Source: Vicugna vicugna (taxonomy: Eukaryota). From it: a stretch of DNA of 64,000 bases. Below are positions 13,658 through 27,726 of the stretch, one piece after another. Where the stretch lies: NCBI GenBank assembly GCA_013265495.1, contig MU061579.1, positions 4,302,327 through 4,366,326 of the forward strand, written 5' to 3'. Under the pieces are notes generated by a model, which was given only the letters and a program-made list of their open reading frames with translations, made no database searches and was not told the origin of the DNA. How positions within the stretch are numbered: position 1 is the first letter of the stretch; each line of letters starts with the position of its first letter. The position numbers were made by a program, and so were the translations under genes.

Positions 13658-16600
13658 TCCATACTAGATAATTTAAGTAAAATGTGTATTATGTCTATAA
13701 AATTTATACAAAGCCATAAGAAAGAAAGAATCGACCATTCTGACATGGAAAACTATCCATGACATATTGAAATAGGACTAGGTTATTATTCAGAAAAAAA
13801 GAAATAAATTCATCAACCCACCCCTCCCATTAAAAACATGCTCTTCTGAAAACCTTAAAGTATCTGAGTGCATGTGATACATGCTTAAAATCCAGTAGTA
13901 TCTAGTGGACATACTGTCTTACTTAAGTCATTGAACTGAAATGATTTTCTGTATTTGTTGTGGAAAGCAAAATGAAACAAAGCAAAATAATTCTATATAA
14001 AGCAATGATACACGTGAATAATAAGCAGGTATCTTAAAGCGATAATGTGAAAACTACTTAGATTTTACCGGGCTTTGGTTTCTTTTTGTGAACTTTCAAA
14101 TTCAGCTGGTTTCTTTTTCAGACTTCCTGCTCAAATACCAGCCAAAATTAGCCTGGAATTTCATTCACTCACCTTCTCAAGACAGGTGAACTCATTCTCA
14201 TTCTTAGTCCACCAATTTTTTGAATCCTTGATAAACTGAGATTAAGAACACAGTCATTTATACCTTGTGTTGTTAAAGTTTTATTTTACTTTGAGGCCGA
14301 CTGTCCTCTTTGCAAAACCATCTTTCCATTCTCCCAGCATTGCCTAGCACAGCCTGACAGGATAAGTAAATCAGTCTGTTTCCTGGAGAAAAAATATTAG
14401 GAATCAAACATCTATAGATGTATAAAGATCTGTAGATAAACAAAGGTGATATTTGGAGCTTTGTCAACAGGGATTTTCTTAATCTTCAAGTGTAAGAACT
14501 TAGGTGAGAAAAGGTCATGCTGGTGATTGAGCCAAGTTGTGCCTCAATATCTGTCACATTAGCTGGGAATCTTGATAAGTAACTGAGGGGACTGAAATAT
14601 AGATGGAAGGATTGAGGCTTCCTTCTGTTGTAGCCAAGATACATGTTTTAGGTATTAGTGAGTTTAGTTCTTAAGGGTCTGTAAACAAGTGCATGGACCT
14701 CAAAAAATTCATGGGTTTCAGTAAAGTACAGGGGCTCAGCAAAAGTAGCCTCAGGATGCTGGTTGTTGCAACTTGGCCTCAGCAAGAAAGATCCTGGCCT
14801 TACTAGCCAAGCTCACCTTATAGAGAGACACAGATTTCTGGAGGGACCTCAGGGTCCAGACTACTGCAGCTTGACTTTGAACTTCACAGGTTCAGCTTTT
14901 CCAGTTGTAGCAATGATTCTATTACATAAAAAATATGTCTCTTCATATACAGCCTTTTAGACACAAGAAAAGCAATACAAATAGGTATTCCTTTTCCTCT
15001 ATTCTTTAGCTACGTTCCAGCCTGGACTTTAAACTATACCAATTTCTGTGCACACTTATAAAGCTTCTAGCTTCAAATTGTCTGTGCGAAATGTATAGGT
15101 AGGCAGTGCTACATCGGCTACCCCAATTTTGTAGCTTTTCTTAAATGTCATTTTGAAATGCCTTGAGGTCAAGAGAAAAAATTCTAGGGATATTAATGTG
15201 TCTTATCCTCCAGCTCAAGAAGCATCATCTTACTATACGATCTCAAGTTGACTGTGAAATTTAATTACTTTCGCCTTCACTGTGACTTGGTATTTTTGCG
15301 ATACACATCAGCCCCATGGATGCAAGAGCAGTATATTTAATGAATCAACACATTTTAAAGAATATAGTTCTTATTATAAAGCTTGTATGCCCTTTCCTGG
15401 GTAATATGCAGAAACAACTCAATAAATTTTATTTAAAATTCAGAGACTGAAAAGACAATTTTGAAGGCCCCTAACAACTTGAGATTCTCTGTATCTAGGA
15501 AGCTGATTTAAGGGAGGTATCAATGCCCATGATTGGGGAAAAAAAGTGGAGTAGTATCAAACTGAGGGATGTCAGTCTCAAAATAACAGAAGATAATGAA
15601 GGGACGTGAACAGTAGCGTGAAAAGTCTGGAACAACATTCCTGACTGGGATGACCAAGTTTGAATTTGTGAAATAAGTTATTGTTTTCTTGGGACTATTA
15701 GAAATATCCTAATGGGAAAACCTAGTAGAAGATGAAATACCCTGCAATAATTATTCATTGAGTGTTTTACATCACCACATGTCCCCTAGCTCTTAGTTAT
15801 ACAGCAACGGAGTGGACAGAGAAAGGTCCTATCCTTAAAGATTTTATATTCTCATGTATAAATCCCATAGTTAAATAGGATGGGGTATTGAAAGTCATAA
15901 ATGGAATGTTTATTGGAAATATAACTGATCAAAGGCTGGTGACCAAAGGAAAATGGAAATAAATGACAAAAGAGTGATTGGAATACGGGGTCAAAGTTAG
16001 TCTCCAGGGAACCACCTACTAGAGCATATTAAGGGCCTGTCACTGTGGGAATGTCATCATCAGGTGGCTACTTCCCTAGGGGCACCTCCCCTTAAGCTCA
16101 TAATATTCTTAAGTCATATTCACAAAAGAAAATAGTAGCAGACTACCATTCTGGTATTCAAAAAAATATAGAAATGGGATCACCATTATCCCTATAGACT
16201 AGGTTATGACAGGCTTAAATTTTGGGTAGTTTAATTTCCAATCAAATGACTACCCATGGAGCATGTACTCTATGAAAAGCACTGCATCCATCTCTAAGAC
16301 CACAACATCGGCAAGGCACTTTATCCTCAAAGAGTATAATGGGAAGGGAAAAAGTAGACACATAATGTCTAACAATATGTTAAATATTATGATAGAAGTC
16401 TAGAGAGGATGCTATCATGTAGAGTCTTAATAGATTGCATAGGATTTTCCAAATTATTGTAATAAAGGCAGAGGTAATAGTATGAATATTTCACATCAGG
16501 TAAAGTATGAATATTGACCAAGCAGAATGGGCTTGTAGACAGCCACTAAAGACACCCTGGGGCAAACCTTATGCACGTCAACCCTGATTTAGAGCCGTGA

Positions 16601-16667
16601 GCTACTCACAGACGATCACTATTTGCCATAAATAATAAGGTCGTGATCCCAATACTGGTGAGCTATA

Positions 16668-16705
16668 TATTCTATTCTATTCTATTCTATTCTATTCTAT
16701 TCTAT
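16668..16705. repeat. (TATTC)n pentanucleotide microsatellite, ~7.5 units
   Basis: Perfect tattc repeats. Confidence 0.95.
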
Positions 16706-17234
16706 ATACTGTAACTAACAGAAGTGCTAAGCACAAAGGTAATAGGCGACTATCCACTAACTGTGAACGATGAGTATAAATTGGTGATGCTGACCCTCCC
16801 TACCAAACAGAATTGTCTTCAATGTTGTATGAGGCTGAACATGCCATTAAACTCCTGCAACTCGTTATTCAAGTGAAAAAGCGTAACTCATTGCCAAAAC
16901 ACACTGCCTTACCATTTTTGCCTCTTGAGTTAATAGTTGTCCAGTGATAATGTGATTAATCATAATAATTATCAAATTTGAATTCTACTTTTTTCAGTGT
17001 ATGACATTTTCAGTCATTTTCCATGATTTTGTTGTATTTACCATCTAATTTCAACATTACTGAAGGATTTCCAAGAGAAGAAAATATGAAACAATTCCAG
17101 TTACAAGCAAGTCATCTGAAATACAAGCACTTTAAGTACTGAATCACTAAGACTTTGTCAAGTTTCCCTGCATCTTTTCTCTCCTGGAAACTTTGCTGGT
17201 TTGTTCGCTTATTGGGTTTGTTTGGTTATATTTA

Positions 17235-17430
17235 ACTCATTGAGCTTAGATTCCTAACCTGACTCCACCATTATCAGCTGAGTACCTTTTTTTGTTGCTT
17301 GACCAGTGTGCTTCAGTTTCTGCATCTACAAAATAGGGATAGAGGCATCAAAAATTGAAAAGATTTTGCGGTTAAAAAAGATAAGGCTCTCAGTTTGTGC
17401 ATGGTTCGTAGTAAGTGTCAAATGATTAGT
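17235..17430 (+). mobile_element. MIR SINE
   Basis: cctgactccaccattatcagctgagtacc...tgcttcagtttctgcatctacaaaatagggata...gtagtaagtgtcaaatg. Confidence 0.7.
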
Positions 17431-18449
17431 AACTAAAAATTGTAACTGAGGCTTTTTTGAAAGATCTTTCTGCAGGCATTTAAAGAATGGGGCTTACAAA
17501 AATTTTTTGCATTTGTTAACATTTAATATTTTTAGATTTAATTTACTTCTGCAACATAAACAATTGTTATAACAAGGAAAAATCACTCAATGCTTAGCTC
17601 TTGAAGACTTGTTGTGAACACATACACAATTTTTTTTTTTTTTACTTTAGGAGAGCTTGTGAAGATTAATGAGTTGTTTCTTTGGGTTCAAGTTTTCCAC
17701 ATGCACGGAGTCCACTCTGGTGATGTAATTAATTTCACAATACCAGGGTTTTGTCATCCAACATTCCCGTGCCATGCAGCTATGATAAGTATTCTTTAAT
17801 TAAACCTCAATATTTGCCACTGTTGTTACATAGTGCAGCTCGAGCACAGATAGACCTCTGTGGACCACAAAGGTTTTAATATGCAGCTGGGGAAGCTTAG
17901 TAATAGAATGCTCACATGAAAGCCTTCTGAGTTGGTGTCCAAAGTTCTTAAAACTTTTAATACATACTTATATCTAAAAAAACAAAAATAACATGGGCGT
18001 GCTTAATGAGCTTGCATTTGTGGTTATAACTTACAGAGGGCAGCAGGGTGTGCTTCTGGGCTAAGAAGGGGCAAAGAACCTTCTTTTGTGATTCTCTTTG
18101 GCTCCCAGCTTTAGAAGTGGGATTTTCCTAGGCTTCTAGAAAGTGACTTTCCTGTGAATACTGCTGAGAATACTCTTTCTCTCAGGATTTGAGTACAAAA
18201 AAACCCAGACCAAATCGGGTTGGTTTAATTTGATGTTCGTTACTCCAGCTCTATAAACTTAGGAAGCATTTAGTCTGTGTCAGCTTGAACTGTTTCAGTG
18301 GGTGTTTCAATCATGGTTCAGTAACAAAATGAATATGTATATTCACTTAAAGTTTCAAAGCGATACGTGTGGTTTTTTTGTCCTTTGATTCAGGATTTGA
18401 TTTCAGATTTGTATTAGCGACTTGATAAAAATTAGGGTGAAAAAGTATA

Positions 18450-18670
18450 ATCTTGTGCAGTGGACGAGAGCTCAGGTTCCCATTTCCATCACTTATCACT
18501 TACGTAATCTTAGATAAGCTACTAAATATCTCTTGTCTTTGGTTTATTTATCTTTACAGTGGGATTAAGAGTCATATTTATTTCACAGAATTGCTGTGCA
18601 GATTGGAAGAAATAGCAAAAGGTGCTCGTAAGGTGGGCACATAGCAAGCATTCTGTAAATGTTACTGATG
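18450..18670 (+). mobile_element. MIR SINE
   Basis: caggttcccatttccatcacttatcacttacgtaatcttagataagctactaaatatctc...ggcacatagcaagcattctgtaaatgttac. Confidence 0.75.
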
Positions 18671-20179
18671 ATCATTTAAAACAACTAATGGTGAGAGTGG
18701 TGAGTGGGGCTAGAACTAAAGTGAACTCCAGAATACTTTTTGTAGCAACGTGATATAATGAGAAAATCGTCAGATCTGTTAAAAGGTTGAATTTCCATCC
18801 CGGATACTCTGGAGACAGAATGAAAGGCAGCCTTTTCTGTTCTCACACTCTTGTTTTGCCTCAGAGCACTGTTGCTACATAGAATTAGGTTCCTTGAGGG
18901 GAATTATGCTGGAAAGAAGTGAGCTGGTAAGGTGGGAGGGGTGCAGTGTAATTCATGGAAGAAATACCCAAGGATAAATTTCAGTTACTTCTGAGAGCCC
19001 AGGGAAAAGACAGACTTCTGCAGGCCCCTGAAATGTTAGGGAATCTATGGTGACATCTCTGGAGGTGATAACTGGGTATAGTATCTTCCATCTAAGACAC
19101 AAATCCTTGTATCTGAACTGAATATGTGCAAGCAGAACTTCTGTCTGCAAGGGTCATGGAGGTTTGAACATAGAGCATAACAATGGTGACCAGTGTGAAG
19201 TGAAGACAGATTTGTCTTTTTTTTTAATTTCTGAATTTCATATTGTCATAGCCCTAGAGAGACCCCTAAAATGACTGAGAGTGAGCCCTGAAAATCAAAG
19301 CAAGGAAAATAAATGGAGCTAACTCTGGCCGCAAAAGAAATTGAGCTCAGACTTGACAGCTTTGTTTCCCTGCAAGAAATATGCAGTAGACTTTGTCCAG
19401 GGAATGGCAACAAAAATGGTAGCTGCCTCCTGCTATCTGAGTTCCCGATTCCTGAGACTGTGGAATAAGTAGAGTGACCTCAAGGATGAGCACAACATCA
19501 ACATACATGAAATTTTAGGACAGGGGATGCGCTCATTACACTGAACAAGAACAAGTATTTATTTAGTTGCCAAAGATAGTTGTTCTTCAGATTATTTCAT
19601 GCCTACTAATTCTTCTTCAGATTCAAAAGATAATTCCTCTAGGCTTAATATTCTAGGTTTAAAGAAAGTATTTTTGCAGAAAGAGACTCTCCAAGTGAAT
19701 CTTCTGTTGTAAAATGGAGGTGAAATAATTTTTCATGTAAACCATCCTTAGACATTCTTAAGAGACTATCATTCACACAGCCCTGTTGGCTTTTGTGTGG
19801 AAATTACTATCTTGGTGGAAATCTGGCTCAAAGTAAAGACCTAGGTAACTGGGCACATGCCTACTCCATGGTTAAGAAAGGGCACAGCATTACAGACACT
19901 GGAGTGCAAGCCACTTTTTTTTTCAAGTTCCACTGTTCACTGAAAAAAAGATATAGCAGATAGCAGAGTCATTGATTATTAAGTCATGTTGTGTTCCATA
20001 TGGCTATAGGAGACTGGAACTCATGAGAGATGCTCTTCATCACATATTCTGGACACCTCTTCTCCCCTGCCCCAACACATTAATGCCAAGCTATAATCTT
20101 TGAAAGCTTAAATTTACTGAGGAAAATAATAAGACTTGAGAATATCTGCCAAAATTCAAAATAAAAAAAAAATTCAAAA

Positions 20180-20405
20180 TGTAAATGCTGGACTCAATCA
20201 AAATACAGTAAACTCAGTTAAGATCTCAGTCTTTGGACTTATTTGCAGCTTAAACAGAGCTGAAACATGACTTAGAGTACTGAAAGAAAGATAAACAGGA
20301 AAAAAGCAGAAAGGGAGACAAAAGAATGAGGCTGGGGAGTAAGATTATCAGACATAGAAGACAGAATGAAACAGTGCAACGTACTTAGAATCAGGGGTCC
20401 TAGAC
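20180..20405 (+). mobile_element. Ancient L1 ORF1 fragment
   Basis: aacagagctgaaacatgacttagagtactgaaagaaagat...gacatagaagacagaatgaaacagtgcaacgtacttagaatcaggggtcctaga resembles the L1M ORF1 coiled-coil/RRM junction. Confidence 0.55.
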
Positions 20406-21773
20406 CAAAGCTTGCAAATAGCAGATGTTCAAAAATTATATGTTAAATGAATGAGTGAAGTGGAAAAGATATATCATGAATTGCCGTTTGGAAAATATTT
20501 TTTAAATATGTATTTTACTTTGCTAATGACATATGACACAGGACATATGACACAGTTCTTTGGTGATGGAAAAACTTCAAATTTAAACTAAAACAAAAAA
20601 TTATACTCAGAATGTTTCAGAATAATCATGGGTAGTATAAGAAGTTAACTGAGGGTTTGAGAGAGCTTCATAAAGGCTATGCCTTTATACTTGCTCTAAG
20701 AACAGTTTATCTGATCTCTAGACTTTTTTATGTATTCCATTTTATTCTGCCAATAATATTATTTATCCTCGTATCTTGCTTATTAACAGCATTTTTATGG
20801 AGTCTGAAAAGAAAATACTGATAACTCCGTAGAGGAGGTATAAGAAATATTACCTCAATAGAAATGAGTATCAATTTTATTCAGGAGAGCTTTTAAAGTA
20901 AATCATACTGTTATTTAAATGAAGTTAATAAAAAATTATTGAACTTATTATAGAAATGTTTATTCCCCCAATAAAAGCAACCTCTAAAAAGTTAGCATTA
21001 TTTGCAACAAAATGCCTGAATGGTATTCATGACTGATGGTTTTAATCCAGAATTTATTTTCTCCTGAAGCATATGACTTTTTCCTCTACTTCTGGATCAA
21101 TAAGGCAGTATGTCACTTCCAAACAGTACTTAATTTGAAGCTTCGGCTACTATCATGTTGCAGTAAAACTCCCATTGAATAATCCCTGCCTGTTCCCCAT
21201 TCCTATTTCTTTTCCAAAGCATTATATATAGAAAACATATGCTCAGCTGGTTTCCTGAAACCCAGTCCCTCAGGCAGAAAGACAGATAAGCTCGTCTGAA
21301 TGATTTTTTTTTCTCCTTTTGCCTCACTCTCTTAAGGCCTGACTCTACCTGCCTGAAAATAGATCAGAGAGTGTATTAAATTAACTTCTATTTTATTTAT
21401 GACTGCTTCAGGAAATGAATTATCCAACCTGAAGTAAACTTATCTTCTTCCTCTTCTTTCCTCAATATCCTTAAGGAAAACCTTCCTGCACTATTACTTC
21501 AGATGGAAGGGTTTGAACTCTACAATTGACTTTAAACTTTATTTCGAGATGAGCATCAATCACTAGTTCAAAGGGCTTAGCTCATTTGTTTAGCAACACT
21601 TCCAATTACCTACCATTTATTGAAGATTCAACATGGATATATACCAGGCACTTATGGCTATTTTTATATACTTATATACATGCATGTCTTTTAATTTCAA
21701 TTGCAATGCCCTATGAAATATTTCAGGGTTCCTAAATATTTTACCACCAGAAGAGATGGAGAATCAGATTATC

Positions 21774-21886
21774 GTAGTTTCTAAGTGGTAGGACAAAGAA
21801 TTTAAAAATGAACTATAGTATTCTAAGTGGTTTCTAAGTGGTAGTTTCTAAGTGGTAGGACAAAGAATTTAAAAATGAACTATAGT
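21774..21886. repeat. Perfect 46-bp direct duplication with a 21-bp spacer built from partial copies
   Basis: 21774-21819 equals 21841-21886 (gtagtttctaagtggtaggacaaagaatttaaaaatgaactatagt); spacer attctaagtggtttctaagtg. Confidence 0.95.
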
Positions 21887-22104
21887 GTTAAAAGAGAGCT
21901 TAGCTTTCTGTGAAAATCTCTCATTTTTACTGATGGGGAAAATAGTGAAAAGATAGCTTAGAAATGAAGTAAAACTGTCATAAGCCCTTAAAGTGTAGCA
22001 GGTTTCTCTATGATCAGTCATGGATACAAAATCCTTCATGGTGTTAATCTCTGTATCCACTGAGTTTCTCTGTTCCTGAAACATATTTTTATTATTTATT
22101 ACAG

Positions 22105-22255
22105 GCACTTATTCTTCCAACCAATGTTTATGAAGCCCTCTTCTGTGCCAGATATTATTGTAGGTTGTGGGGACACAATGGTGAGGGGGAAAAACTGTAT
22201 TCCTTATCATCTGGAGTTTATACTCTGGTAGGGGAGACAGACAGTAACAAAATAC
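22105..22255 (-). mobile_element. L2 3' end
   Basis: caaccaatgtttatgaagccctcttctgtgccagatattattgtaggttgtggggacacaatggtga...tggagtttatactctggtaggggagacagac is the antisense L2 tail. Confidence 0.8.
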
Positions 22256-22329
22256 ATTAATTAACTATCTAGAAGAAACTATTTTAGAGAGTAAAATACA
22301 AGTATGTTTAAAGATACAATGCATAGTCA

Positions 22330-23150
22330 CATACAAGAAAAATAGAAGAATTTTTAAAAAAACAAGCAAAAATCATATATAAATTTTATACAGATGTACA
22401 AAGATTGGTTGATAGATGATAGAGATATAAATATATAGAAAAAGAGAAATAATCCAATAGAAAAGTCATTAAGAGACTTGAGCAAGCATTTTATAAGGGA
22501 TTCTCACCAAATGATGATAAAACTATGCAATTATTATGAGCTTCTCTAGTAATCAGTAAAATGTTAATTAAGATGAAAATTAAGTACCCTTACATACATT
22601 CCTTATATACATAACACAATTGCTAATACTTAAAAAGTGCAAAGTTTCACAAAGGATATGACACACCAAGAAATTTCAGACACAGTTCTTGAGAGTGGAA
22701 ATTGGTATAACCACTTCAGAAAACACTGAAACTCAATGTATATGTAACCAATGACACAGCAATTTCACTCACATGATATTCCCAGCAGAAGTCTATGCAC
22801 TCTGCACCAAAAGACAGGTACCATAAAATGTCATTAGCAATTATTCTTAGAACAAAAAATTGGAATTAATGCAAATACCTATCATTATTAAAATAGATCC
22901 AAAATTAACATAGATTTTAATTTTTCAATAAAATTGTATATAGCACATTCACTAGCATGGAAAGAAGAAATTGGCATGATATTTAACAGAAGAAGCTATT
23001 ATACACAAAGAAATGGTTTATATAAAGATCACAAATAGGCAAAAAAAATGCCTCTTGTTAAATCAGGATAGTGCTCATTATTGAAAAGTTATGATAAAAT
23101 TATGATACTTTAAATACTGGATACTTGGTAGAATTTTCATTTTCTTGTTC
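22330..23150 (+). mobile_element. Ancient L1ME-type 3' portion
   Basis: aatccaatagaaaagtcattaagagacttgagcaagcatttt...ggaaattggtataaccacttcagaaaac...atgacacagcaatttcactc...gcaccaaaagacagg. Confidence 0.8.
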
Positions 23151-23674
23151 TATTTGGCATTTCCAAAATTCCAAGTGAGAACACATTTTGATATGGTTAC
23201 TGGACATTTGGCATTCTGGTGAGGGTTTAATAGTCACATTATTTGCTTAGTTTTTAAAAATGGAATTTGTTTTTTTTTAAATCAGAATTCTTGTATGTAA
23301 TTATTATTAATGGTTTCTTCAGCAAATATTTTGAAATCCTTTTTTTCTAGTTACATTTATTGCATTTCTTTAAAATTTTATCATGTTATATTTCTAATTG
23401 CTTATTTTTGTTTAGTATCTGTTTTCCATAAGAGCTTTTAAAACATATGATTTAATTAATCAAATTAAATTATTCTGAAGTTTCCATCATGATTAGAATA
23501 CTCTCCCAGTTACAGGATGATATGAGTACATTTCTAAATTTTGTTTCATATGAAAAAGTTTTTTGAATGTCTAAACCTCTATCTCTGTGAATTATATATG
23601 TGACTGTGCATGTGTATCATTATCATTCAGTTGGATACATACACACACATGTGCTTTGATTAGAACATCTTAAG

Positions 23675-23845
23675 CATCATGCATGGTGTCCTGGAATAAG
23701 AATTATCCCTAGTGTCACATGAATTTAGTTCTAATCTCATCTTATTCACTACTTTGTTGTTAAACTTCAGGCAACTCACTTTGTATCTCTGGTCTGTTAC
23801 TTCAGTTGTGAAATGAGTTGTTTTGACAAGATTGTATCTAAGGAA
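23675..23845 (+). mobile_element. MIR SINE remnant
   Basis: gcatggtgtcctggaataag...tagttctaatctc...aacttcaggcaactcactttgtatctctgg...gtgaaatgag. Confidence 0.55.
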
Positions 23846-24517
23846 TCTAAGAATTTGTTAGGTAGGAACTGAATCCTTTTGAAGAGTTCGCCTCAGTTTT
23901 GACAGTTTATGAATTCTGTGTGTGGTCCTAATCTCTGCAAGAGCATCAAAATCTGTAACCTTTTGCTGGTTAAAGTTCATTCTCACATCTGAAATTAGAG
24001 GGAAAACTAATGTGCACATTACCTATATTAGGCACACATATAATTAATTTCTTAGATCTTAAGCCCCTTTGTCTAGCTGGCATTTCTGACCTCATATTCA
24101 CAATTGTCGGTGTTTTGACCAAGGCTGCTGCCAGATCCAAATGCATTCAGTCTTCAAGATACCTAGCTTCTTAACACTTCTAGCTTGAATATAGAAGATT
24201 AATTTGCGAATTCAGTTTCATTCCTCTGGTAATTACAGCAAGGAAATTGTATTCTTCATGGATTATGTTTCTTAAGACTCGTATGAAAGCCGTCATAGGA
24301 AATCAAAGAAAATTATGTTGAGTAAGAGGGTGATAGAACATGTAAGATTGGAGAAATGGAGGTGAGGGGACAAGAAGCCCTGTGTCCATGAGAGACAAGA
24401 GAATAGCTTCCTTTTTTTCTATCACTTTCAGGTTTAGATGAAGCACATCTGATTAATTTACTTTCTTTAGATCTCATGAAAACATTCTGTAAACTCTATA
24501 AATTTCTTTATATGAGA

Positions 24518-24660
24518 GCTATGGACTTAATTCTGTCCTCCCCAAATGCTGTGCTGAAGTCCTACCTGCCCGCCAGTGTGATGCTATTTGTTTACAAGAC
24601 CTCTCAGAGAGAATTCAGTTTAGATGAGGTAATGAGGGTGGGGCCATCATGATGGGACTA
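24518..24660 (+). mobile_element. MLT1A-like MaLR LTR, 5' fragment only
   Basis: gctatggacttaattctgtcctccccaaat...tgctgaagtcct...agatgaggtaatgagggtggggccatcatgatgggacta; homologous to the reverse complement of ~30970-31103. Confidence 0.75.
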
Positions 24661-25379
24661 CATGCAGAAGATATACTGGTTTATCAAAAGCATGAAAGTA
24701 GAAATTATACAAGTGGTCTTCCTGACTCTTCAGACACCATCTGTAGCTTAAGTATAAATGAGAATAAGATAGTTCCCATTAATGAATTAGAAAGGCAAAT
24801 GGAACAGATATTCTATAATTTTAGAGTTTAAAAAAAAAGATGTCTTTTGATAAGGAAGACCTGGGTCAGAAGAACAACAACAACAAAAAAATAAAAAATA
24901 AAAACAGAAAATCATAAAGATAGATATAACTCAAAAATATTGGCTTAGATTGCTTAAAGATTCCATTCTAAATCATTAATATTTGTTGTGATATGTTACA
25001 TGGACATACTTATTGTTTAGTTTTTTGCCTTCTTTTCTTCCTCTTTTTATTACAGCTGTTTTCACAATTTATCTCTTTCTCATTTTGCTTTTTCTTAGGC
25101 AAATCTTTTAGTATCTTCAAAACTTTTCCTTTCTAAGTTGTAATTAACAGAAGTACAGAATTTCAAACTCAAACTTTCATTTTTGTCCTTTAATTCAAAG
25201 AATTGAGCCTCTGTTAAATAGGTCCTCAACTCAAATTTGTGAACCAAAATACAGATACTCACTGCAGGAATCAGTGCCACAAAATAAGATTCCAAGTTAG
25301 ATGTTCTTCATAGCAAAGGCGCTGGCAACAAAGTGTCCCGTCCGTAAAGGACAAAAAAATTATTTCATGGCATCTAAGG

Positions 25380-25600
25380 TTTACAATGTGCTTAGTAGTA
25401 TATGTGAATGTATTATAAAGATAATATTATCTTAATAGTTTAAGACACTGTAAATCGTTTACTACACTTCTATTTTACAGGTGAGAAAAGTAGGTATAAA
25501 TAGAAACTGTTTTATTCAAGTTCACATGCCAAGTAGGCCTCAGAATTCAAACCCACGGCTGTTAGATTTCACAGCTCTCAACTTTTCACTGGGCCATGTT
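25380..25600 (-). mobile_element. MIR SINE
   Basis: cttctattttacaggtgagaaaagtagg...ttcaagttcacatgcc...agaattcaaacccacggctgttagatttcacagctc (antisense MIR core). Confidence 0.65.
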
Positions 25601-27303
25601 CCCATACAACTTTTCCAAAACACTTAGAATATTTTTTGGTTTTGATTTTTGAAACATCTATATTAAGAACTTGATTTTAGTTGCTGGCAAGATTTTGATA
25701 TTAAGAAGCAAATAAAAGATGATTTGTGGTATTTTGTTTTCTTTTCCCCAAAATCTGAGTGGTATTTATTCACTATTTTAGGGGAAATTTCGAACAAAGA
25801 GTATGTTACACCACTGGGAACAAACTCTCTTTTGTAGTTTCTTCTAATTATCACTTGAAATTATAGCCTTTGAAGGCACAGGATCTATTAGTCTTCCTCT
25901 CCCCAAATGTCCTGACCAATAACCCCTTCTACATTTGCCACTGCAAAGCCATATGGAGCTGCTCAGTCTTTTATTGAGACTCTTGACTGAGAAGCCTCAC
26001 GGGGCTGTGAACAGCCAGGGAAAGAGAAAAGAATTAGTAGTAATAATACTAGGAGTGGACTAGAAAAAAGCTGGTTCAGCAGATATAGGGACCATAATTT
26101 CACATCCTCCTATGCCAGCGGCAAGGGAACTAATTACATGGCAGACACTATGAACTTCAGGTACATTTTTCATTTCACCTCAGTTGAAGTCAAGTCTTCT
26201 AAAGAATTTGCTATATAAAACAATGTGTTTGCTGCCAAGATGCACTAAAATATATATGACAAAAATATAATACTAGACTCTATATAACAAAAATTCCCAA
26301 AGCTATGAAATTCCTTCTTCCTCTCCCATTAAGAAGGGGACTTATTTTCAATTAGTGCATTACAATATCCTTGTTCATTGTGATGCTTTATGGTGCACTA
26401 CGTGTAGGCAATTGTGTTTCTCAACAAGATTTATTTTCTGAACTTGGGAGTGTAGAAAACTGTGAAGTTGTACAATGCAGTTTTTGCATTTTTTTAATAT
26501 TTAAAAAGAAATGCTGTTTCTCAAAATATAATAAATGATAGCACTAATGACTATCAAACTATTGCTTTTTTATTCTTTAAATATTTATGCAAATGTGAAT
26601 TTAATCTTTACATTCAATTTCTTTCCATTTCACGGAGATTTTTTAAAATTGTCAACCAAAGGTGTTCATTGAATACACATTGTATACAGAGATCTAAAAC
26701 AGCCATTATGAGGGGGTGATATTTTTTAGATGATTGTCATAACCTCTAAAGATGTTAATGTATTGGAAGAAAGTACATAAAACAATGACAATAGGATCAA
26801 ATGTGTCATAAATATGAATAGTTATTGGTATGTACAGAGAATTCTATATGGAAGTGAATAAACTGACTTCCAGTTTCCTTTAACATTGATTCCAATTCAC
26901 TCCCCTCCTCCTCTCCTCTCCTTATGAACATCTCTCATCATCCATGTCCATAAACCACCTATCACCATGGTCTTAATGATGTCTCTAGTCCCATGATCCT
27001 TTTATTTTTACAAAGCCTTATTTCCCTACCCTTTTCCTCTCAGGCAGTTACTTCAAATATATAGCCACTTTTCTCAAGGTTCTTCACTAATGACTATTTT
27101 AAAAGAGATCTATATCCAACTACCTACTGGATCATCATTAATTAAATAAATGATTTTATACAGTTTATAGTACCTGCTAAATGCTAGGATTAAAATTATA
27201 TAAAAATCAAGAGTGATTTCTGCCTTTATAGAAATTACATTCTAGATACTACCATTAGGACAAAACTTATCTCAAATATCTAGAACTTAACTTCTTAGTA
27301 TAT

Positions 27304-27726
27304 TGTGAGAGAGACAAGCTAATGATTCACTAAACACTTTTTTGTCTTTGCCTTGCACAAATAACAAATCCATACCTGTCGTCTTCCTCTGTCTTTAAAT
27401 GTGGTCCTCTGGTTGAGAGGCCACATTACTGAGTTCTGGCCAGTGGAATGTGAGTGGAGGTAATGGGTGTCACATTTAGCATGGCTCATAGTTACCTCCC
27501 ATGTATGACATCTTCTCATTTGCCATTCCACTGGACACCATGAAACCTATGAAATGGTAGAGCTTTAAAAGGAGGATAGCCAGTGATCCTGAATCACTGT
27601 CAAGAAAAGAGCAACCTGCTGACCAGAAATATCCTTTTGCTCTTTATGTGAGTGGAAAATATACTCCTACTGATGTAAGAGATTACAGAGCCTGTGTTTT
27701 ACTGCTCTGATAATTTAACTGATACA
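27304..27726 (+). mobile_element. MLT1 (I/J-like) MaLR LTR
   Basis: TG...CA termini (tgtgagag...aactgataca); ccacattactgagttctggccagtggaatgtgagtggaggtaatgggtgtcac and cctgaatcactgtcaagaaaagagc are old-MLT1 motifs. Confidence 0.8.

Noticed and set aside
14173..14226. Minus-strand 54-nt segment (DSKNWWTKNENEFTCLEK) with a strong AAG/GTGAGT donor
   Set aside because: Poor acceptor and L2-like context.
21774..21886. Repeat-spacer-repeat pattern resembling CRISPR
   Set aside because: Mammalian DNA, only two units, spacer derived from the repeat itself, and no cas genes.
25263..25321. Minus-strand exon-like segment ending in GCA/GTGAGT
   Set aside because: Stops in all three frames and a modest acceptor.
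25465..25486. ttttacAG/GTGAGA back-to-back splice motif
   Set aside because: A one-base variant of the antisense MIR core (attttacagatgag).
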